A program made the translations under genes and the position numbers. Of a stretch of 64,000 bases of DNA, positions 9,665 to 22,081 are shown piece after piece (the stretch's first letter is position 1; each line of letters opens with the position of its first letter). The notes under the pieces are model-generated. The model was given only the letters and a program-made list of their open reading frames with translations, did no database searches and was not told the DNA's origin. The DNA is from Candidatus Eremiobacteria bacterium (lineage in GTDB: Bacteria > Vulcanimicrobiota > Vulcanimicrobiia > Vulcanimicrobiales > Vulcanimicrobiaceae). The stretch spans positions 1,152,001 through 1,216,000 of the forward strand of contig CAVWUU010000004.1 in the NCBI GenBank assembly GCA_963758295.1. Reading direction: 5' to 3'.

Positions 9665-10791
9665 GGAGAAACGCCTCCCGTCTCGCGTTTAACCGCCGCG
9701 AGCAGATCCGAGAGTAAAAACGGACGCGGCAGTGTCGCATCCCAATCGCCGTCCACGGCGCCGACACCGACGAGGCGGATCGCGGCGCTTCCCGCAAGGC
9801 GGCGCACTGCCGCCGGTTCCACCGAATCCGAATCGGCTACTACGACGTCGCCATCGTGAAAATCGCCGCAAGCGTTCACTTCGTCCAACGTATCGACTTC
9901 GCGAACGCGATAGCCGTGCAAACGCAATTCGTAAGCCGCAAAGCGGCTTACGTGGCGATATGTCGATAAAATCGTAACGCGCCCTGGCCGCGTTTCGCCC
10001 GCTGCTTCGATCGTCGGCAGGACCACCGTAAAGGTGCTGCCTTCGCCGGCTGTGCTCGCGGCGTCGATCGTTCCGCCATGCCGGTCGACGATGCGCTTGA
10101 CGATGAAGAGCCCGATGCCGGTTCCCGCGAGTTTCGCTCTGCGCGCGTTCGAAGCACGCGAGAAACGTTGGAAAAGCTTCGGCATCTCTTCCTCGGGAAC
10201 GCCGATGCCGCTATCGCGAATCGAAAGCGCATACGTCCCTTCGTCGGCACGCAGAGCGATCGCTACAGGCTCACCGCCCGGTGAGTACTTGATCGCGTTG
10301 CCGATGAGGTTGTCGAAGACTTGACGCAAACGCGCGGAATCGCCGCGCACAATCGCTTCGCCGGAACCGCGCTCGAACGTTATAGGCCGTTCCGCGACAC
10401 GCGACTGAATCGCGTCTTCCAGAATTTCAACGAGATTGACTCGATCGTCGGCAATCTCGAGATCGCCGTATTCAACGCGGGAGAGCGCAACCACGTCGTT
10501 TGCCAGCGTTGCGAGCCGCTGGGCGTTGGTTTTAATGGTCTTTGCTGCGTCGGTCGCGCCATCGCCCTCGAGATAGCCCTCTTCAAGCAATTCGGCGAAG
10601 CCGACGATGGACGTCAACGGTCCCTTGATGTCGTGAGCCAAGGCGGCGATCAGGTCATTCTTAGACTGCACAAGCTCGACGATCGCAGCACGCCGGCGTT
10701 CGAGTTCTTCAAGGGCGCCGGTGAGCCGGCGCTCCAGGCGCCGGCTCTCCAAGGCGTGCCGTAATGCGGGGGTGAGCTTCACCTTGAGCAT
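9661..10791 (-). CDS. Cytoplasmic histidine kinase (HisKA + HATPase) with a C-terminal degenerate receiver-like domain
   Basis: H-box LAHDIKGPLTSI, N-box NLIGNAIKYS, DSGIG, GTGIGL; start codon uncertain (10791 or 10872). Confidence 0.85.
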   Translation of the reverse strand: MLKVKLTPALRHALESRRLERRLTGALEELERRRAAIVELVQSKNDLIAALAHDIKGPLTSIVGFAELLEEGYLEGDGATDAAKTIKTNAQRLATLANDVVALSRVEYGDLEIADDRVNLVEILEDAIQSRVAERPITFERGSGEAIVRGDSARLRQVFDNLIGNAIKYSPGGEPVAIALRADEGTYALSIRDSGIGVPEEEMPKLFQRFSRASNARRAKLAGTGIGLFIVKRIVDRHGGTIDAASTAGEGSTFTVVLPTIEAAGETRPGRVTILSTYRHVSRFAAYELRLHGYRVREVDTLDEVNACGDFHDGDVVVADSDSVEPAAVRRLAGSAAIRLVGVGAVDGDWDATLPRPFLLSDLLAAVKRETGGVSP

Positions 10792-10920
10792 GCGGGGGGC
10801 GCCTTCGACTTTAGATTGCTTTACACTTGCCCAACACGCCCTTAAGGAGAAAGTCGACCGCCCGTTGGGCATCTGCGGGGGCTGAGTAGTGCCTGCTCGC
10901 CGAAGCGAGCGCTGAAGGCG

Positions 10921-12367
10921 TCACGGATGATGAAGGTGCGAAGTAAGCCCGGAGGTCTCGCGGCGCAGAATACGCCACGCGGCTTCCACGTCGCCCCGCT
11001 CGGTGCGCAGATTTCCGATCGCCAGGCGCAGTACGTACTTCCCGTCGATTTTCGTGTGCGAGATAAACATTTCGCCGGTCGCGTTGACGGCTTCCAGCAA
11101 TCTCGCGTTCAAACGACTCCAAGCCGCTTCATCGGTCATGTCCGCTTGGGCGATAGCGGAAGCACACAACCGAAAGGGGATGCGGCGCTGCCACTTCCCA
11201 ATCGGGTGCTGCTTCAATCCACGACGCAAATTCTTGCGCAAGCGCGATGTGTTTCCGCAACTTTTCGCGGAAGCCGTTTGCGCCGAAATGCCGGAGCACG
11301 AACCACAACTTGAGTGCGCGGAAACGGCGCCCCAACTGCAAGCCGTAGTCCATGTAGTTGCGCACGTCGCCATCGGCGGTCTGAGATATTCCGGCACGAA
11401 ACTGAACGCGCGCCGTACGCTAGCCTCGTCGCGCAAGAACAGCACCGAAGAGATCCATCGGCACGAAAAGCCACTTGTGCGGATTCACGACGAGCGAATG
11501 CGCGCGATCGACGCCGTCCATCAAGTTGCGGTGCTCCGGCAAGATCGCCGCGACGCCGGCATAGGCGGCATCGACGTGCAGCCACACGCTGAAACGTTCC
11601 GCGACGTCGGCAATTTCGCGGCACCGGATCGATCGATGTCGTCGAAGTGGTGCCGACGGTCGCGACGATCGCCGGCGGCCGCATGCCGGCGGCAAGATCC
11701 CGCTCGATGGCGCGCCGCGAGTGCGTGCGGGACCATCCGAAATTGGCGTCGCAGGCAACGCGAACGACGTTGCTGCTGGCCGATGCCAAGTGCAATCGCG
11801 GCCTTCTCGATGTGCGAATGCGTGTGCTCGGTGATGTAGATGCGCAAGCGCGGGAGGTCGCGGCCGCTCATGCCGTGTTCGCGAATGCCAAATCCGAGCG
11901 CCTTCGCGCGCCGCCGCCAAGCGCCGTAAACCCGCGATCGAAGCGGTATCGTAAATGATGCCGGTCCACGAATCCGGCATGCCGAACAGGCGCGCGAGCC
12001 AGCGCATCACGACGGATTCGAGTTCGGTCGCGGCCGGCGACGTGCGCCACAGCATGGCTTTCACGTCTAGCGTCGCAGCGAGCGCCTCGGCAGCGACGGC
12101 GACCGGCGCCGCGCTCGTCGCAAAGTAGGCGAAAAACCGCGGATGGTTCCAGTGCGTGATGCCGGGAACGAATGACTCGTTCGAAATCGGCGAAGATTCG
12201 CTCGAACGGCTCGCCTTCTTCCGGCGCCTCGAGCGGGAAGCTTGGCGGCGATCTCGCCCGGCCGGACGTCGGGCAGGACGCGATAGCGTTCGGGGTGGGC
12301 GAAATAGGCGTCGATCCAGCGGCCGACCCGCGCAAAGTCTTCTTCAAAGCCGGCTCGACTGTTCCAC
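10921..12367 (-). CDS. PLP-dependent group II decarboxylase (aromatic L-amino acid decarboxylase-like); frameshifted
   Basis: WRTSPAATELE, ATVGTTSTTSID, WLHVDAAYAG, PLP-lysine motif NPHKWLFVPMD, LGRRFRALKLW. Confidence 0.85.
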
Positions 12368-12440
12368 AATAGATGGGTGTTTGCGCCGGACGCGAAGAAG
12401 CCCGCCTCGGCCGCCAAGTTGCTCCAGGAGAAGATCGACC

Positions 12441-13478
12441 ATGAAATACCGCACGTATCCGAATTCCGACGTAACCGTCAGCGAAGTCGGCTTCGGCCTG
12501 TGGACCACCTCGACCGGCTGGTGGGGCAGCATGTCCGACGACGAAGCCGTGGCGATGCTGCGTGAAGCCCACGATCTGGGCATAACGCTTTTCGACGCCG
12601 CCGATACGTACGGAAACGGCCGCAGCGAGGAGCAACTCGCAAGCGCGTTCGACGGCGGCGCGAAAAGTCGTCTACGCGACGAAGTTCGGCTACGATTTCA
12701 CACGCAACGCCGAGCGAGCGCCGCGGCCAATTCGAATTGCCGCACGATTTCTCGCCGGCGTTCGTTCGCAAGGCGCTGGAAGAGTCGCTGCGCCGCCTGA
12801 AAACCGACTACATCGACATCTATCAAATTCACAACGCGCGAATGGCGCAAGTCGACGACGACGCGCTGTGGGAGTTGCTGGAGTCGTTCAAGCGCGAAGG
12901 CAAAATTCGCATGTACGGCGTCGCGCTCGGCCCCGCGATCGGTTGGCTCTACGAAGGCGTCGATGCGGTGAAGCAGCGCAACGTTTCGTCGCTGCAAATC
13001 ATCTGGAACATGCTCGAACAGTATCCCGGCAACGAACAGATCCGGGCGCGCATACGATTCTGCGCCGATACCGGATACATGATCCGCGTTCCGCATTCCA
13101 GCGGAATGCTCGAGGGCCACTACACCGAGGACACCGTTTTCCCGGAGAACGACCATCGCCGCCATCGTCCGCGCTCGTGGCTGGTCAACGGCGTCAAAAA
13201 AGTCGAGCAACTGCGCTTCCTCGAACGTCCGAACCGCACGCTCGGCCAAGCCGCGATTCAATGGCTGCTCGCGGAGCCGAAAGTGATGACGGTGCTTCCG
13301 AACATTTACGACCGCGAGCAACTCGTGGAATTTGCCGAGGCCGCCTGACTGCGCCGGCGCTCACGCCGCGAAGAAATGCAGCGAAGTCGCCGACGCTCTA
13401 CGCAGCGAATTTCGGGATCGAAGAACCGCCCATGAATTTCAAAGGCACGATGACGCGCGACGCGGTGACACGCGTAAT
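12441..13478 (+). CDS. Aldo/keto reductase; frameshifted
   Basis: VSEVGFGLW, FDAADTYGNGRSE, EESLRRLKTDYIDIYQIH. Confidence 0.85.
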
Positions 13479-13859
13479 GGGCAGCACGCAATCCGTTACG
13501 CACGGAAGCGCCCGCGCCGATCGGCCCGTACAGCCAAGCCGTGCAAAGCGGCAACGAACTGTTTTGCAGCGGCCAGATTCCGATCGATCCGTGCAACCGG
13601 CGAACTCGTCGACGGCGATATCTCGGCGCAGGCCGAGCAGTGCTGAAAAATCTGGCTGCCGTTTTGCAAGCGGCGGGCTACGATTACGGCGACGTCGTGA
13701 AGACGACGATCTTCTTGCATCGACATGGGCGACTTTGGCGCCGTCAACGCGGTATACGAAGCATATTTCGGCGATTCGAAACCCGCGCGATCCACCGTCG
13801 CGGTCGCCGGCCTGCCGAGGGGCGCCCGCGTCGAAATCGACGCAATCGCAAAACGCTAA
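13477..13859 (+). CDS. ridA: RidA/YjgF family protein; frameshifted
   Basis: PIGPYSQAV, LFCSGQIPIDP, DVVKTTIFL, PARSTVAVAGLP..VEIDAIA. Confidence 0.75.
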
Positions 13860-13945
13860 CCGCGCTATCCGAGCCTCTTTTTGTTTTTCGCCGTGCTGCC
13901 TTTGGTATGCCCTGTGCTTCGACGGGCTGGAGGATGACGAAGGCG

Positions 13946-15168
13946 CTAGATAGGTTTGTCGGGGGGAGCGCCGTTTTTGATGTGGGCGAAGAACTCTTGC
14001 GAGAGGCGAACGATGTCGGGATCGGGAGAGAGTTCGGCGGCGCGGTATTGGCGATTGCCTTATCCCGATTGCCTTGCGCTTCGTACGCTTCACCCAAAAG
14101 CACGTGTAAACGGCCGTCGTCCGGAGCGGCGGCGATGCCTTTGATCAAGGCGGCTTGCGCCAGCGGATAAAGTCCGTGCTTTTCGTACGCGATGCCGATG
14201 TCGATGTACGCTTCTCTCGAGTACGGCCACATTGCGATCGCTTGCGCGTAATAGGCGACGGCCTTCTTCCAGTCGCCGTTTGCGTCGGCCAGATACCGAA
14301 GTTTACGAGCGGTTCCGGGCGTTCCGGAGCGACCTGATGCGCTTTTGTGAGCGTTACTTGCGCGACGGAGTCGTGTCCCGCCTCGAGTTGCGCGGCGCCG
14401 AGATTATCCAAACATTGAAAGCTTTGCGCTTCGATCCCTAAACACTTTTGGAATTCCTGAATCGCCGTGGAATAGTCGTGCATGTCCATCATAGACAACC
14501 CAAGGCCGTTAATGCGGTAAGCGAGTTCGGATCCGAATCGAGCCCGCGACGGAAATAGCGTTGCGGCCTGATACGGCTGATGCATCGCTTCGTAAACTTG
14601 TCCGAGTTCGGCCTGCAAATCGGCATCGTTGGGGTACTCTGCGGCCGCGCGTTCGACTTGTGCGCGATAGACCGCCAGATCGCCGCGACGCTGATGCAAT
14701 TGCACCAGGTCTCCTACGGAATCCGTTCCCGGCAGACTGGCTTCGAATTGTTTGATCGCCGCGTCGATGCGATTCTCGGTGGCATACACCGTGCCCAAAC
14801 GATTGTGCGTTTCGCGATCGCCCGGAAGGTCGTTCAGGATCTCTTGGTAGAGCTGCTCGGCGCGCGCCGTATCGCCGGTGCGGAAGTAAAGGTCACCAAG
14901 GAAGCGCTTCGGATCGACGTCGTCGCGGATGGTTGAAGACGTATGCCGACAAACTGCGAATCGCGCCGGTCATATCGCCTGCCGCGATCTTCTGACGCGT
15001 AGCCCGAATGGCGCCCGCCGGATCGTCGGGCAGTTCGTCGCCGGGGCGATGCTCCGGATTCACCATCAACGGAACGGCGCCGGGAACTCGGGTAACGGGA
15101 TCGCTCATGGCACTGGCCGTGCTAAGCGCGATGAAGACGGTGAATAGAGAAAGCGCGCGACGCCCCAT
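13946..15168 (-). CDS. Secreted tetratricopeptide-repeat protein; frameshifted
   Basis: Signal peptide MGRRALSLFTVFIALSTASAMS; repeated TPR-like units (AELGQVYEAM, DNLGAAQLEAG, LLGEAYEAQG). Confidence 0.7.
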
Positions 15169-15233
15169 GGATGCCCCTCCCTGCAATTCCATTCTACTGC
15201 GGGACAGCGTCCAAAGGCACGCGTTCGTGACGG

Positions 15234-15650
15234 CTAGCGCGTGTTGGTTAGCATGCGTTCTAAAAGGTTCACCAACTGCAGGCGTTCTTCTTCGGTGAAC
15301 CCTTCGAGCATGCGCCCCGTCTCGTGATCGAGCAGGCGGCGAATCATTGGGCGCAGCCCGTTCCCCTTCTCGGTGAGGCGGATATACACCGAACGCGCGT
15401 CGCTCGGATGATCTTCGCGCTGGACCAGGCCGTCGCGCAGCATCCGCTGGACCGTTCGCGTGACCGTCGGCATTTCGACCGAGAGGCGATTGGAAAGTTC
15501 CCGCGGCGTCAAGCCGTCGTCTTCCCACAAGATCGAACAGGACCTGATACTGCCCAAACGCAGGCCTTCGACGCGCAAGTTCGCGGTCCAAGCGCGCCCG
15601 CAGGCGTGCGAACCGTCGCGCCGAGCGCGGACAAGCACATCAACGTTCAT
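15234..15650 (-). CDS. MarR family transcriptional regulator
   Basis: GLTPRELSNRLSVEMPTVTRTVQRMLRDGLVQREDHPSDARSVYIRLTEKG. Confidence 0.85.
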   Translation of the reverse strand: MNVDVLVRARRDGSHACGRAWTANLRVEGLRLGSIRSCSILWEDDGLTPRELSNRLSVEMPTVTRTVQRMLRDGLVQREDHPSDARSVYIRLTEKGNGLRPMIRRLLDHETGRMLEGFTEEERLQLVNLLERMLTNTR

Positions 15651-15653
15651 AAA

Positions 15654-17090
15654 TTACCGTAGCAGCGGCAAAACGTTGCTCGGAGTAAGCGGATAGAACG
15701 TCATTACGAGAACGCGAACGACACATGCTGCGGCGCTGGTCCAGGCGAGCGGCACGACCGGGTGAGGGTCCGCCGTCCGGGTGTGCGCCTTCGTCCCGCT
15801 GGTACATCGCACGAATAACCTTCGCATAGGCGTAGAGCGAGATCGCCGTGCCGGCGATCAGCAGCGCCGCCCAGCCACGCGTAGCCGCGGTCACGCTCGA
15901 CGAAAGAATGAGAATCTTCCGAGAAAGCCCGCCGTCGGCGGCAAGCCCGCCAGCGCGAGCAAGAAGAACGTCATCGCCGCGGCCAGCCAACGGACGGCGG
16001 TGCCCCAGGCCGCGATAGTTGCGCAAGCGCGAACCTTCTTCGCCGTCGTCCGAAAGCGTCGCCGCAACCGCAAACGCGCCCAAGTTCATGAACGTGTACG
16101 CCGCGAGGTAGTAGATCGCATAGCGCATGCCGAGCGGCGTTCCGCCGGCGAGCGCGGTGAGGATGTAGCCGACTTGCGCGATGCCGGAGTACGCGAGCAA
16201 TCGTTTGAGATCGTGCTGCGCGAGCATGCCGACGTTGCCGGCGATCATCGAGATGCCGGCGACGATCCAGATCGGCAGCAACAGTTCGTCCGCAGCGCCC
16301 GACGGCAGCGCCGCATAGATGAAGCGCGCGAAGACGGCGAGCGTTCCGGCTTTAGTCGCGACGCTCATGAACGCGGTGACCGGCAGCGGCGCGCCTTCGT
16401 AGACGTCCGGCGACCACGCGTGGAACGGCACGAGACTCAGCTTGAACGCGATGCCGACGAAGAAAAATGCCGGTGCCGATCCAAAAGAGCGGATTGGCGG
16501 CCAACGCGGGATTGGCGAACGCGGCGAACTGCACGCTGCCGCTCGCGCCGAAGAGCAGCGCCATGCCGAAGAGCAAAAATCCCGAAGCGGTCGAGCTGAG
16601 AATCAGATACTTCAGCGCCGATTCGCGCGCGGTCGCGCGATCGGCCAGGCCGCACAAACAGTACAGTGCGAGCGAAAGCAACTCGAGTCCCAGGAAAATC
16701 GTCATCAGGTTCGCCGCGCCGGCCATCAGCATCGCGCCGCACGTCGACCACAACATCAGTGCAACCGCGCCGGCGATGCGTCTGCGTTGGCCGATCGCAC
16801 CGTAGAGCATGACCGAGCCCGCCAGCGCGATCAGGATGATCTCCTGAAACACGACGCTGAATCCGCCGAGATGAAGCCGCCGACGAAGGCGCGTAGTCGT
16901 GGCCGTACTGCCGCGCGGCGCAACACGCCGCGACGCGCCAGCCGACGAGCGCCGAGGACGATCGCGAGGATATCGCGCAGCGTGCGTGCGCGCGAGCAAA
17001 TCGGCAAGCAGCACGACGAGCGCCGGTGACGGCAACGATTGCGATCGGTGCGAGCGCCGTCCAATCGGCGTTCGTAACGATAATGGTCAT
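15654..17090 (-). CDS. nuoN: NADH-quinone oxidoreductase subunit N; frameshifted
   Basis: IFLGLELLSLALY, ESALKYLIL, PFHAWSPDVYEGAP, KRLLAYSGIAQVGY; operon position. Confidence 0.9.
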
Positions 17091-18512
17091 CGGATCGACT
17101 CCTTGCGCGATGCGACGCTGTACGCGCCGGATTGAACACGGTAAGCGCATGCGGATTGACGCCGAGAAGACCAGAGCGCGAGCAAGAGCGGCGCGACGGC
17201 GAGACCTTCGATCCAGGTCAAGATCGCGCGCGCACCGGCAGATCGTCGACTTCGGGGCCGTTCATGATGCCTTGGAAAAGCCGCAGCATGTATGCGGACG
17301 CGAGCACGATCGGGATCGAGCGCGAGAATAGTCGGCCAGACGAGCCCGCTTGAAACATGCCGGTCAGAATCACGATCTCGCCGACGAATCCCGCCAGCCC
17401 GGGAAGCCCGAGCGCCGCAAGCGCCGCGATGCAGAGCGCGCCGGCAAGACGCGGATTGGCGCGCCCAAACCGCCCAGCCGCACGAGCGAACGCGTATCTT
17501 CGCGCTCTTCGACGTAGCCCAGTATCAGGAACAGCGCCGCCGAGAAAAGCCCATGCGCGACGATATAGACGAGCGCGCCCTGCAGCGCGATTGCGATTGA
17601 ACGAGGCAATCGCGATCACGATCAATCCCAGATGCGAGAGCGACGAATACGCTACGATGCGCTTCGCGTCGTTCTGCATGAGCGCGGTGAACGCGCCGTA
17701 GAGCAACGAAATCACGCCGAGCACGATCAGGACTGCCGCGTACGCCTTGAGGTAATCGGGCATGAACGCCATGCGCGATCGCGATAAATCCGTAAAGGCC
17801 CGCTTTCGATTGCACCGCGCATACGACGGCAACCATCGGCGGCGGCGTATCGCTGTAGGTCAGCGGCATCCACGTGTGCAGCGGCCAGACCGGCGTCTTC
17901 ACCAAGAACGCAAACGCGAAACCCGCGAAGATCCACGGGCACCCACGCGCCGACGAGGTGCACGTCGCGCCGGCCGATCACGTCGGTCGAGCCGTAGAGG
18001 ACGCCGAACGCCGCAGTCGCAAGCAACAGCGCGAGACCGCCGGCGAAATTGTAGATGAAGTAGCGCCACGCGGTGCCGGTGTGCTCGCCCCAGCCGACGA
18101 GCGCGAAGAAGACCGGCAGCAGCATGAGATCCCAGAAGAGCGCGAACGCCAGCAGGTCGCGGGCGAGAAACACGCCCATCATCGTGCCTTCGAGCAACAG
18201 CATCAGCGCGATGAAGTTGCGCTGGCGCGGAACGTTCGTCGCGAGAATCGCGCAGAGCGTGCAAAGCGCAAGCAGCAACACAATCCAGTAACGAAATGCC
18301 GCGTTGCGCCAAAATGGAACGATGACGTAAACGGACGCGAGAGCCAGCGCAGGCTCCACTCGGTCCTTGCGCCGCGAATGCGCCATCACGAACGTCGCCG
18401 CGGCAACTACCGTGCCGCACCTTGACTTGCGCGACCGTTCGTCATCGCCGGAAGCGCGAACAAGCACGCGGCCCGCGATCAGCGGCAATACGATGAGCGC
18501 AAGCGCGAGCAT
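17087..18512 (-). CDS. nuoM: NADH-quinone oxidoreductase subunit M; frameshifted
   Basis: VKTPVWPLHTWMP, KRIVAYSSLSHLG, LGLPGLAGFVGE. Confidence 0.9.
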
Positions 18513-20510
18513 TAGTGCGCACCTCCGGCCACGAGGCGTAGTAGACGACGAAACACGCGACGCCGAAGACCAAGATGAACGCATACGCGCGCAGCAATCC
18601 GGTCTGGAACGACCGCACGAGCGCGCCGAGCCACTGCGCGGCGAGGGCCGTTTCGCGTACGGCGCCGTCGATGATCTGCGGATCGACGAAGCGCGCCGAA
18701 CGACGTCCCGAGCAGTTGCGCCGGACGCACGAAGAGCGCATCGAGCGCCGCATCGAAATAAAACGCGTTCGCAAGCACGCCCGGCATGCGCACCGATTCT
18801 TCGCGCAAGCGCTCGACGGCATTTTCGCATTGCGTTTGCCGTGGCGTAGCGGCATCCATGCGATGCCGATGCCGGCGAGCACGACGATAAGCACGATAAT
18901 GCCGGTGAGCCACTTCGCTGACGGCGCGGCGACGCAAGGTGCTCGCGCCGGAAATTGTGTGCGAAGAAGCGCGACCACGGCGAGTTTTCGCCGCCGAACA
19001 TGAGCCAGCCGATCAGAACCGACGGCACGATCAGAATCGCCGACGGGGACGTTCATGAGCCACGCCGGCGCGTGAACTTCGTGCGCGTCTTCGTGTCCCG
19101 CGGTCGTTGCAGTGCGGTGCGCCGCGATGCTTCTGCCGGGCTCATGCCGAGATCCGACGGATCGACGCTCGCCGCGGTAGTCGCCGAGAAACGTGACGAA
19201 AAGCATGCGGCACATGTAGTACGCCGTGATTCCCGCTGTAGCGATGCCGACGGCGTAGAGCCACGGATGGCCGTGCTCGAGCGTGCCGTAGATCACTTGA
19301 TCTTTACTGAAGAATCCGCTGAAGCCCGGGATGCCGCAAATCGCGAGCACGCCCGTGAGCATCGCGAGGAACGCAAACGGCATCGCTTGCGCAATCCGCC
19401 CATGCGGCGCACGTCTTGCTCGTTCGCGAGCGCGTGAATGATGATGCCGGAACCAAGGAACAATTGCGCTTTGAAAAACGCGTGCGTGAAAAAGTGCGCG
19501 ACGCCGCCTTCGTATGCGCCGACGCCGACGCCCATGATCATGTAGCCGATCTGCGACATCGTCGAGTAGGCGAGAATCCGTTTGATGTCCCATTGCGACG
19601 TGCCGAGAATGGCGCCCGCGATCGCGGTGAGACCGCCGATAGTGCCGACAAGCATCTGCGCGTCGGCGTTTGGCTCCAGAGCGGCGCGCAGCGCGCGACA
19701 AGATAGACGCCGGCCGTGACCATCGTCGCGGCGTGGATAAGCGCCGAGACCGGCGTCGGACCTTCCATCGCGTCGGGAAGCCACGTATGCAGCGGAACTT
19801 GCGCCGATTTCGCCGCCGCACCGATGAACAGCGCGACGCAAATCGCGAAGAGCCAGCCGGTTGACCAGGACGCCCGAGGCCGCAAACGCGTCGCCGAAGG
19901 CCGTCGAATGCACCGACGCGACGATCATGAAGACCGCGAACATGATGCCGACGTCGCCCACGACGTTGATGACGAAGGCCTTGCGCGCTGCCGCGACCGC
20001 GGATCGGTTTAAAGAACCAGAAGCCGATAAGAAAGTACGAAGCTAGGCCGACGAGGCCCCAGCCGACGAGCAGTCCGACGAAGTTGTCCGAGAGCACGAG
20101 CGTGAGCATCGCAAAGACGAAAAAGTTCAGTAGGCGAAGAATCGCGCGAACGCTTTGTCGCCGTCCATGTATCCGATCGAGTACACATGGATCAAAAATC
20201 CGACGCCCGTAATGATGCAGCGCCCACAACAGCGAGAGCGGATCGAGCAGCAGGCCGAAATCGAATCCCGGGATCCAACTGAACAGCGCTTGATGCGCGC
20301 CCGACGTAGCGCCCGCCTTGCGTGCCATCGTGCCAGGACAAGCAGCGTTGCCACGAACGCGGCGCCGACGGCCGCCGAACCGAGCGGACCGGCGAGCCGT
20401 TTGAGCTGCGGACCGAACGCGAAATTGAGAATCGCGCCCAGCAGCGGCAAGAGCCACAGCGCGAGCAGATACGGATAGTATCCGTCGACGCCCATCACGT
20501 GATGTACCAT
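18512..20510 (-). CDS. nuoL: NADH-quinone oxidoreductase subunit L; frameshifted
   Basis: [55 protein letters not shown]. Confidence 0.92.
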
Positions 20511-20519
20511 CGCGTGCAG

Positions 20520-20836
20520 TTACCCTTTCAACGCCGCCACTTCGTCGACATCGACGTATTTGGCGGTACGGAAGACGGTCACGACGATTGCGAGCCGATA
20601 GCCGCTTCGGCGGCGGCGACGGTGATCACGAGAAACGCAAAGATGTGGCCCGCATTGTTGATCCACGCCCGCGAAAACGCCATGAACAACAAATTGGCGG
20701 AGTTGAACATCAGCTCGATCGACATCAGCATGATCAGCGGATTACGGCGGAGGATCACGCCCGCCGACACCGATGAAAAAGATCACCGCCGAAAGCGCAA
20801 CGTAGTTCGCCAAAGGCAACGGCGCATGGCGTTCAT
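20520..20836 (-). CDS. nuoK: NADH-quinone oxidoreductase subunit K; frameshifted
   Basis: [29 protein letters not shown]. Confidence 0.9.
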
Positions 20837-21439
20837 CTACTCGCCTCCCCGCAGAATCGCCTCGCGCATTTCGCGCCGGACTTCCGCAGCCTGCTTCGGC
20901 GAGGGCGCGTTGGCTCGTTGATCGCCGGCGAGCAGAATGACGCCGATGACCGCGACCATCAGAATCAGCGCCGTGACTTCGAACGGCAGCAAATGCGTCG
21001 TGAAGAGCGAGCGTCCAAAGTCCGCGACGGAGCCGAACACGTTCGCGTCGCCGACGGGTCCGAACGTCGAACCGCTCGCCGACGTCTGCGGCGTAACGAC
21101 GTTGATGCGCGCGAGCGCATAGGTAAGGAAGCCGAGCGCAACGAGCAACAGCACGATCGCCGGCGCGCCGATCTTCGGCAGCCGGTCCGGCCCCGTCGCA
21201 AACGGAGCGACGCCGCTGCTAAGCAGCGCGATGACGAACACGAAAAGAATCATGATGGCGCCCGAGTACACGATGATTTGCATCGCAGCGATAAACTCGG
21301 CGTTCAGCGTGAGATACATGGCCGCGAGCGCAGCGAAGTGGCCGAGCAGGGCAACGACGCTGTACACCGGCTTTTTAGCCGTGACGCACCAGATCGCCGT
21401 CGCAACCATGATGATGGCCAAAATCCAGAATCCAACCAT
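20837..21439 (-). CDS. nuoJ: NADH-quinone oxidoreductase subunit J
   Basis: QIIVYSGAIMILFVFVI, LLPFEVTALILMVAVIG. Confidence 0.92.
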   Translation of the reverse strand: MVGFWILAIIMVATAIWCVTAKKPVYSVVALLGHFAALAAMYLTLNAEFIAAMQIIVYSGAIMILFVFVIALLSSGVAPFATGPDRLPKIGAPAIVLLLVALGFLTYALARINVVTPQTSASGSTFGPVGDANVFGSVADFGRSLFTTHLLPFEVTALILMVAVIGVILLAGDQRANAPSPKQAAEVRREMREAILRGGE

Positions 21440-22080
21440 CAGTTAGGACCGCCTTCCCGCCACGCGTCGTCCTTCGCTTGCTTCAGGATAGCCAGTCCGC
21501 TGCGTTGGGTCTTCAAAATCTCGCCACGAGCGGTCGCCGAATAGCCCTCATCGACGTCGGTCGTGGATTTGATTTCCGCTACGCGGCCCAGATCGGCGGG
21601 AATGCCGTTCGGGCGCTCGTCCGGGGCCGAGCCCACGCCGGCTTCCGGCGGCACGAGCAGCCGGTCTTTAGCGTAGATGAAAGAGCCGCGGCGATAGTCC
21701 GCCATCTCGAAGCGCGGCGTGAGCACGATCGCGTCGGTCGGACACGCCTCTTCGCACATGCCGCAGAAAATGCAGCGCAATTCGTCGATCTCGTAGCGGG
21801 CAGCATAGCGTTCGCCCGGCGACTTCCGATCGTCGGGCGTATTTTCCGCGCCGATGACCGTGATCGCATTTGCCGGGCACGCGCTCGAGCAAAGTTCGCA
21901 GCCGATGCAGCGTTCTTTCCCGTCGGCGTACCGGCGCAGTTCGTGCAGCCCGTGGAAGCGCGGAGCATGCTGCTTCTTTACCGTCGGATATTCGATCGTC
22001 GGGCGTTTCGCGAACATGAATTTGAAGGTGATCGAGAGTCCCTTGAGGATCGCGCCCACGTTGTAGAGCTGTTTTCTCAT
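21439..22080 (-). CDS. nuoI: NADH-quinone oxidoreductase subunit I
   Basis: Two 4Fe-4S motifs, CIGCELCSSACP and CIFCGMCEEACP. Confidence 0.95.
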   Translation of the reverse strand: MRKQLYNVGAILKGLSITFKFMFAKRPTIEYPTVKKQHAPRFHGLHELRRYADGKERCIGCELCSSACPANAITVIGAENTPDDRKSPGERYAARYEIDELRCIFCGMCEEACPTDAIVLTPRFEMADYRRGSFIYAKDRLLVPPEAGVGSAPDERPNGIPADLGRVAEIKSTTDVDEGYSATARGEILKTQRSGLAILKQAKDDAWREGGPN

Positions 22081-22081
22081 G

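Noticed and set aside
2800..20800. Mass pseudogenisation or programmed frameshifting
   Set aside because: The indels hit unrelated genes indiscriminately, with no consistent slippery motif and no obvious sequence decay; assembly error is the simpler explanation.
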